Source: Octopus bimaculoides (taxonomy: Eukaryota). From it: 43,710 nucleotides of DNA. Below, piece by piece: positions 36,480 through 43,710 of the stretch. Location: positions 37,982,302 to 38,026,011 of the forward strand of contig NC_068993.1 in assembly GCF_001194135.2 (NCBI RefSeq). Direction: 5' to 3'. Made by a program: the position numbers and the translations under genes. The notes beneath the pieces are model-generated. The model searched no databases. It saw nothing but the letters and a program-made list of their open reading frames with translations, and was not told the origin of the DNA. Numbering within the stretch: position 1 is the first letter of the stretch; every line of letters starts with the position of its first letter.

Positions 36480-36759
36480 CACACACACACACACAAATAC
36501 ACTCTAACACAAGTTACTGTGTACCATTTATATATACATAATAGCTGCATATCAATAGTGGTAATTATTTATTCTGTTGAGTTAGAACATAATCTATGCT
36601 CCAAATTCGTTGGCAATATTACATATATGAAGGCTGATGTTAGTGTTGAATAAAATGCCTGGCAGTATATATTTTCTGACACTTTACATTCTGGGTTCAA
36701 ATCCCACTGAGGTCAACTTCACATTTTATACTCAGGGGTCATCACTACCCTCACCAGCA

Positions 36760-36945
36760 TTATCATCAGTTAACATCCATTTTCCATGCTGGCATGTGTC
36801 GGATGATTTGACAGAGTCCAGTAAACTACAGGACTGCATTGTGTTCCTATCAGCTTTGGCATGGCTATTATGACTGGAGGCCCTTCCTAATGCTAATCCC
36901 TTTACAAAATGTACAGGGTACATTTTTCGTGCCACCAGCATTGGT
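36760..36945 (-). mobile_element. RTE-like tail E repeat, older copy
   Basis: GTTAACATCCATTTTCCATGCTGGCATG...GCCCTTCCTAATGCTAA...GTGCCACCAGCA. Confidence 0.75.
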
Positions 36946-37086
36946 GGAATTGTGATGTAAGTTGCAAATCAAGACAATAAAATATCATTCAAGTACCAGG
37001 CGGTGATGTAATTAACAATCCCTTTCTCTTCAAAATTGCTGGTTTTGTGTCTAAATTAGAAACAGTTATTATATATAATTATAGGT

Positions 37087-37630
37087 GAGGCATGGCTGCG
37101 TGGTAAGAAGCTTGCTTCCTAACCACATGGTTCCAGATTCAGTCCTACTGCATGACACATTGGGCAAGCGTTTTCTGCTATAGCCTCAGACCAATCAAAG
37201 CCTTGCGAGTGGATTTGGCTGAAAGAAACTCATTGTATGTATGTATGTATGTATGTATGTATGTATGTATGTATGTATGTATGTATGTATGTATGTATGT
37301 ATGTATGTATGTATGTGCTTAAGCAAGACACTTTATTTCATGTTGCTCCAGGTCACTCAGTTATGATGTCACTGGTGCCATGCTGAACTGGCCTTTGCCT
37401 TTCCTTTGGTTAACATCAGTGGCATGGAGAGGGGAGACTGGTATGCATCAGCAACTGCTGGTCTTCCATAAACAACCTTGTCTGGACTTGTGCCTCAGAG
37501 GGTAACTTTCTAGGTGCAATCCCATGGTCATTCATGACTGAAGGGGGTTGTTACCTTTTATATATACACACACATATATATATATATATATATACACATA
37601 GATTTGTATATACATACACACAGACACACA

Positions 37631-37708
<78 letters not shown>

Positions 37709-37935
37709 GATGCATGTCTTAGTGTTTGTGTTTATACTGCCTCACTAATTGACAACTGGTGTTGGTGTGTTTATGTCCCTGTAACTTTGTGGTTTGGCAA
37801 AAGCGACTGACAGAATAAGTACCAAGCTTAAAAAGAAATAAGTACGGGGGTCAATTAATTCAACAAAAAATTCTTCAAGGCAGTGCCCCAGCATGACCAC
37901 AGTCTAATGACTGAGACAACTAAAAGATAAAAAAT
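37087..37935 (+). mobile_element. Type-B SINE (head 37087-37235, tail C 37715-37935) interrupted in its internal microsatellite
   Basis: Head and tail in the same orientation and expected order around an inserted element. Confidence 0.75.
37316..37557 (+). mobile_element. Type-D-related SINE body with tail H, nested in the preceding SINE
   Basis: Colinear with 24125-24382. Confidence 0.8.
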
Positions 37936-38105
37936 AATTAATTCTTTATTTCTTCATTGCAGTTCTTAGTTGAAATCTCATTGGAATTAGACTTTACCAT
38001 TTATCTTTCCACATGCCAGTAAAACAATAAGATAAAGCACCAGATAACGAGTTGGGTTAATTATGCAAAAAATTCTTCAACCCCAAATTTCTGGTGTTGA
38101 GCTGT

Positions 38106-38325
38106 TCTTTTATTCTTTTACTCATTTCAGTCATTGAGTGGTGGCCATGCTCTGGAACTGCCTTGAAAGGCCTTCAAGTGAATAAATTGACCCAGTATTT
38201 AATAATTTTTTTTTTTATGTAAGGTATTTATTCAATGAGTGTCCTTTTACTGAGCTGTTAATCTATGGGGATGAAAATAAACCAACGCTTGTCAAATGGT
38301 TTGGGGACAAACACACACACACACT
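38106..38325 (-). mobile_element. Decayed SINE tail C
   Basis: TTCTTTTACTCATTTCAGTCATTGAGTGGTGGCCATGCTC...GCTTGTCAAATGGTTTGGGGACAAACAC. Confidence 0.75.
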
Positions 38326-38456
38326 TTCAATTATTATAGCTTTAGATGATAAATAATATGGAAGTACTTCTCTGGAACTTCTTGAAGTTTCGATGTATTT
38401 TTGAGTTCTTGAATTAAATAATGTTTTTTATTTTAAAATATTAAGAATGACGTTGG

Positions 38457-38672
38457 GCGGTGAACTAGCAAAATTGCTAGCAAGCCAAGCAAAATGCTTA
38501 GCAGCATTTTGTCTGTCTTTATGTAATGAGTTTAAATTTTGCTGAGGTTGACTTTACCTTTCATCCTTTCAGGGTTGATACAATAAGAACCAGTTGAGCA
38601 CTGGAGTTGATTTAATCGACTTGCTTCACCCCACCAAATTACAGGCCTTGTGCCAAAATTTAAAGCCAGTAT
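38457..38672 (+). mobile_element. Type-A SINE, CpG-decayed
   Basis: GGCGGTGAACTAGCAAAATTGCTAG...GAGGTTGACTTTACCTTTCATCCTTTCAGGGTTGAT. Confidence 0.85.
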
Positions 38673-38857
38673 TAGGAATGATGCATCAGGAGTTTTGGAA
38701 AGAAGTCCCCTGTCATTCATCACCATCATTATATATCATATGTATAACATGTTAGCATGTTGTTCTTAGCCAAATGTCCACCAGGTATAAAATAAGATGG
38801 CCATCTTGTCTTATTTCTGTTTTTTTTTCAAGATATTATGTATCAAGAAATCCATTG

Positions 38858-39915
38858 GGTATAGTTATGTGGTAGGTAGTTTACTTCCCCAGCACACAGT
38901 CCTTGGGTAAGTGTCTTCTACAATAGCACCAGGCTGACCAAAACCTTCTCTGTGGATTTAGTTGTTGGAAACTAAAAGAAGCCTGTTGTATAAGTGTATA
39001 TATACATATATATATATATAATGCATATGTACATATATATATGTGTGTGTGTGTATGTATGTATTTATCTATCTACCTATCTATATATATATGTATATAT
39101 ATATGTATATGTGTATGTGTGCATATATAAATATATATATAGTTCAAATTTACGGGAAACAAAAGATGAAGACAAGTGAGGAAAAAAACAAGCAAGTGTA
39201 TTAGCTTTATGCTCAGGAAGAACTGAAAAGTCTTTGACATTTTGAGCTTCCACTTTTTGACAGAAAGGAGAAGAAAAAAAAATAGAGAGAGAAAAAAAAT
39301 TGTAGGAATTAAGGGTTCAACATGATGAAATGACATATATATAAATTGTATGTGAGTTTTCAAATTTGAAAAACCTACAAAACTAGGTGAAAGCGCTAAT
39401 TTACAAAACATATGACATATGAATAAAAATCTGTAAATATACAACCATCCAGATATCTGAGAACCTGATTATTATTTTTTCTAATATATAATTCCTGTAC
39501 ATCACCTCCAAACCTTCCAATATATATAAATATATATATAAATATATATATACATACATACATGTCGTTTGCAGTTCTGTTAAGGTAGAATCAACAAAAA
39601 AAGGACTCCATCCAGTGAGAGATAAATATAGTTTTATGCACCCTCGGAGAGCCTGAAGATTGCTCAGAGCACAATGCATGTTGTAAAAATCTGCTCAACC
39701 AAGTTTCTTAATCGCATGAAACAATTAGTAGCTTTCATATTAATTTAGTGTACATTAAATGGTACATACATGTATGCATACACATGTGTGTCTGTGTGCC
39801 TTTGTGTATATATGTCTGTCCCAACACTGTTTCACAACCATTGTTAGTTTGTTTACATCCCTGAAACTTAGAGGTTAGGCAAAACAGACCGATAGAATGA
39901 ATACAAGACTTTAGA
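38858..39915 (+). mobile_element. Old type-B SINE: head 38858-38991, partial tail C about 39790-39915, separated by inserted sequence
   Basis: CCTTGGGTAAGTGTCTTCTAC...GAAACTAAAAGAAGCC and GTTTACATCCCTGAAACTTAGAGGTTAGGCAAAACAGACCGATAGAAT. Confidence 0.55.
39139..39340 (-). mobile_element. Hammerhead-bearing dispersed repeat, copy 2 (CpG-decayed)
   Basis: Minus strand 39268-39231: CCTTT CTGTCAA A AAGT GGAA GCTC AAAAT GTC AAAGA; following about 90 nt align with copy 1 and end in (TA)n. Confidence 0.55.
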
Positions 39916-40199
39916 AATAAATAAATAAATAAGGGGGAATCAATGTGTTTGAGTAAAACAGTCCAATAACAGAAACGATTAAAAGAGGGAAAAAATTGAA
40001 GATTTAAAGAATCCTTCATCTTTTAAGAGAGTAGAATATGATATGTGGAAGATTTGACTGCTCCTGTTAGCATGTTGAGTAACAACAAAGGGGGCAGCAC
40101 ATTTGCATATTGATGTATTTCAATTGATATTACGCAAAATATTCCGAATGTTTAAGGTTTTAATTAACTAACGCTAACCATTTTTCATTTCATTGACAG

Positions 40200-40291
40200 C
40201 TACATCGTCTTATTTATTTTTTTTGCGGAAAAATTTTTAAAATGGATTGTCGGTGTTGAAACAAAGATCTGGAGGATAAAAAAAAAAATCG
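40200..40291 (+). other. Candidate 92-nt spliced exon
   Basis: CTAAC at 40168 and 40174, pyrimidine tract, ACAG| at 40199, and CG|GTAAGG donor at 40292; one open frame YIVLFIFFAEKFLKWIVGVETKIWRIKKKI. Confidence 0.3.
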
Positions 40292-40787
40292 GTAAGGGGT
40301 TGATCGGAACATTAATTAGAAAGAAGCATTTAATGAAGGGAAAGAAAAATATTGAAGTGAATAAAGGAAAAATATTTGTGTGGGACTGTGTGTGCTTGCT
40401 TGTATGTGTTAGTATGTGTGTGTGGAGTGGGTGCATGTGCGTGTGCACTTGCTTGTGTGTGTGTGTTTATATATATGTGTAATTGAAAAATGTCCTGTGA
40501 AGTTTATGCAAGTATTGAATGTAGGAATTATTCTAATACATCTATCTGCACACACATACTTATTGGATATATATATATATATATATACATATATTTATAT
40601 ATATATTCTATTCATATGTATGACTATATATATGAACATACATACACATATATATGTATAAACACACACACAGATGTATATAGGTAAACATATATACAAA
40701 TATACCTATACATGTCCATACACACGTGTGTGTGTGTGGATATAAATATCATATATTTAGGTACTAGTATATATGTGTGTGTACATA

Positions 40788-40866
<79 letters not shown>

Positions 40867-41529
40867 ATTTGCGTTTGTGTGTGTGTGTATACAGACATAC
40901 TAACACACACAGCGTAATGTAGATATCCCCTTAACATTCAAATGATGTATATATTCCAATTTTGTATATGTACATATATATATATATATATATTTATACA
41001 TACATACATGCATACATACATACATACATACGTATGTATGTATATACATATGTATGTTTACCAATATTTTTGCTATTTTGTTTTTAATATATTTTCACAC
41101 ACACACACACACACACACATCTAGCCTAATGGCAATTCCATTCAGTTATTCAAGCATGGTTAGTTCAGCATCCCAGAGTGGTCCAGATAAGTGTCAGTAT
41201 AATTAGCAGGGTAGGAGAACAGCTATCCCTGAACCATGGTACTCAATACAGAGACTGGGGCTCAGTGGGCTGCTAATGCTTAATATCTACAGTGGAAGAT
41301 GGGTGAAGGCTTTAGTGGGGAGATGGGAGGTGTGAGAGCAAAGGATACACAATGGGGTGGGAGAGGGTGATGTGATGCTCATTAAGATATTCAACTGACC
41401 TCAATCATTAGCTGGTTTATATTAATGATAAAGGACCTTCTGATTCAACACACACGCATATATGTAGTTTCAGTTGTATATACATTCAAGTGAATGTGTG
41501 TGTGTATGTGTGTGTGTGTGTGTGTGTGT

Positions 41530-41688
41530 GTATGGCAGTGTGGTGAGAAGCTAGCTTCCTAACCCACATGGTTCTGGGTTCAGTTCCAATGTGTGGCACC
41601 TTGGGCAATTGTCTTCTATAATAAGCCCCAGACCAACCAAAGCCTCATGAGTGGATTTGGTAGACAGAAACTAAAAGAAATGCATCAT
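41530..41688 (+). mobile_element. Type-B SINE head plus CORE; tail probably in the following gap
   Basis: GGTTCTGGGTTCAGTTCC...CACCTTGGGCAA...GAGTGGATTTGGTAGACAGAAACTAAAAGAA. Confidence 0.85.
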
Positions 41689-41711
41689 ATATATATACAT
41701 ATATACGTACG

Positions 41712-41767
<56 letters not shown>

Positions 41768-42286
41768 NNNNNNNNNNNNNNNNNNNNNNNNNNNNNNNNN
41801 NNNNNNNNNNNNNNNNNNNNNNNNNNNNNNNNNNNNNNNNNNNNNNNNNNNNNNNNNNNNNNNNNNNNNNNNNNNNNNNNNNNNNNNNNNNNNNNNNNNN
41901 NNNNNNNNNNNNNNNNNNNNNNNNNNNNNNNNNNNNNNNNNNNNNNNNNNNNNNNNNNNNNNNNNNNNNNNNNNNNNNNNNNNNNNNNNNNNNNNNNNNN
42001 NNNNNNNNNNNNNNNNNNNNNNNNNNNNNNNNNNNNNNNNNNNNNNNNNNNNNNNNNNNNNNNNNNNNNNNNNNNNNNNNNNNNNNTTCATATATATATA
42101 TATATACATTCATATATATATATACATACATATATATATATATGCATAGATATATATGTATATACATATATAGATACATATATATATATATATACATATA
42201 TAGATACATATATATATATATATATATACATTTATATATACACACATATACACATGTATATACATACATACATACATATATATATA

Positions 42287-43197
42287 TTGGGTAATCCCAT
42301 AGATAATATAATTTTTTTCAATTGCATGTACTAAAAGTCGGAGAAGGATGGGATAAACTACCTGCATCAACTTGCTATAAAAGCAGTTAGTAATTTTACC
42401 TTGTCCTTATTCTTAGTGCGAATTTTTAAGAGTGCGGTTCGATTTTAACAGTTATTTTTTTCAGAGTTATAATAGAAGTGACAAGGGAGCATATTCAGCA
42501 TATTTTGCTTTTTGTGTTCAATAAAGGCAACCATATAACGGAAAGTGCAAGGAATATTAATGCAGTATATGGTGATCGACAATAGACGTAAGCCAGTGTC
42601 AACGGTGGTTCTAGAAATTCTGAGACGGAAACTACAGCCTAGAAGATGAGCCTTGTCCTGGCAGATCTTTAGAGTTTGATGAGGACGTCCTGCAAATCTT
42701 GGTGGAACAAAATCCCATCGAAACTGTTGAGGGACTAGCAGAGAAGCCTGGATTTGGTTATTCAACCAGTCATTCAAGTCAGTAAAATGACCATCTTTGG
42801 TTTCAAGACAAATGGTGTTCTTCCATCAGGATAATGCTCGGCCACATAGAATTAGGATGACATTCTAAAGGATGGAGCAGTTTGAATGGGAAACGATACC
42901 CCACCCATCATATTTGCTGGAAATTGCCCCATCTGATCATCATTTAGTCTGAAGTCTCCAAAATGATTTGGACGAAAAAAATATGAATTTGGCAGATGAG
43001 GACAGAACAGTCCTGGAGGAATATCTTATGTCATAGATAAGCGAATTTTGGAAGAGAGGCCTTGCCAGTCTACCAGATAGATGGAAAAGCGGTGTAGAAT
43101 ATGAAGGAACATGTATTTTAGAAAGAACTTTGTTTATCTTAATTTTGAAAAATAAAAGAAGTATAAAAAAAACTGTATTATTTATGGGATGACCTAA
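42287..43197 (+). mobile_element. Mariner (Tc1/mariner, D,D34D) DNA transposon, internally deleted, non-autonomous
   Basis: TIRs TTGGGTAATCCCATAAGATAAT and reverse complement TTAGGTCATCCCATAAATAAT; TA on both sides (42285-6, 43198-9); transposase remnants inside. Confidence 0.95.
42472..43123 (+). pseudogene. Mariner transposase pseudogene
   Basis: IEVTREHIQHILLF...QCQRWF*KF*DGNYSLEDEPCPGR (HTH region), HQDNARPH (D 42830-2), [15 protein letters not shown] (D 42935-7, 34-aa spacing), [13 protein letters not shown]; ATG changed to ATA, stops, a frameshift, central deletion near 42770-42790. Confidence 0.92.
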
Positions 43198-43264
43198 TAT
43201 ATACATATATATATATATACATACATATACATACATATACATACATACAAATATATACATACAT

Positions 43265-43304
<40 letters not shown>

Positions 43305-43324
43305 ATATGCATATATATATATAC

Positions 43325-43397
43325 ATATATATGCCCCCACAGACACACATATAACTATACATAATATTACCATCATTGTGTGTGTGTATATATATAG

Positions 43398-43433
<36 letters not shown>

Positions 43434-43560
43434 GAATGTATATGCATATATACATTCATATATATATACATATATATGCCCACACACACACACACACACA
43501 TAACTATACATAATATTACCATCATTGCGTGTATATATATAGATATACGCACACACATAT
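43325..43560. repeat. Tandem duplication (period 149 bp) inside microsatellite DNA
   Basis: TAACTATACATAATATTACCATCATTG at 43352 and 43501. Confidence 0.8.
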
Positions 43561-43563
43561 TTT

Positions 43564-43599
<36 letters not shown>

Positions 43600-43638
43600 T
43601 ACATACATACATACATACATACATACACATACATACAC

Positions 43639-43672
<34 letters not shown>

Positions 43673-43710
43673 GCATACATACATAAATACATACATATAT
43701 ATGTAGTTAA

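Larger units (their letters stand above)
1353..42086. other. 15 assembly gaps (N runs), about 7.5 kb
   Basis: 1353-1825, 2425-3097, 4202-5123, 6397-6736, 7302-8141, 10272-10451, 11806-11980, 16382-17085, 19136-19145, 22500-23354, 25432-25858, 26954-27482, 31289-31964, 32905-33297, 41768-42086. Confidence 0.98.

Noticed and set aside
39648-39690. CTGAAGA followed by a TTGCTC/GAGCA hairpin
   Set aside because: GAAA and cleavage-site elements absent
41130-41400. GC-richer patch with faint LINE RT-like peptide (IPEPWYSIQRLGLSGLL)
   Set aside because: Similarity too weak to call
833-41688. tRNA-like A/B-box sequences as tRNA genes
   Set aside because: They are SINE heads followed by core and tail, with no complete cloverleaf
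1155-42294. All long ORFs containing X runs
   Set aside because: They span N-gaps and (TA)n/(CA)n tracts; artefacts of translating Ns

Overview
AT-rich eukaryotic genomic DNA from a fragmented short-read assembly: 15 N-gaps, about 7.5 kb in total, most flanked by (TA)n. It is dominated by microsatellites and tRNA-derived SINEs. The repeat families look like those of an octopod cephalopod (Octopus-like); this is recognition from memory, not a database result. No intact protein-coding gene, rRNA, true tRNA or CRISPR array can be supported, and almost all supplied ORFs are microsatellite or N-gap artefacts. Firm calls: many copies of three SINE head types, which I label A, B (CORE-type) and D, with interchangeable 3' tails, and one internally deleted mariner (D,D34D) with both TIRs at 42287-43197. 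The most notable result is a set of hammerhead-ribozyme (HHR) motifs. One is a nearly perfect type I HHR on the minus strand at 35672-35730, with a single G12A change at a CpG. Two homologous dispersed repeats (25859-26015, 39139-39340) carry decayed minimal HHRs, and a weaker fourth motif lies at about 26120. These point to Penelope-like or retrozyme-like self-cleaving retroelements. Also noted: inverted SINE pairs (possible ADAR substrates), nested SINE insertions, a CpG-retaining 10.6-20.3 kb domain with weak promoter and first-exon candidates, and a candidate spliced exon at 40200-40291.
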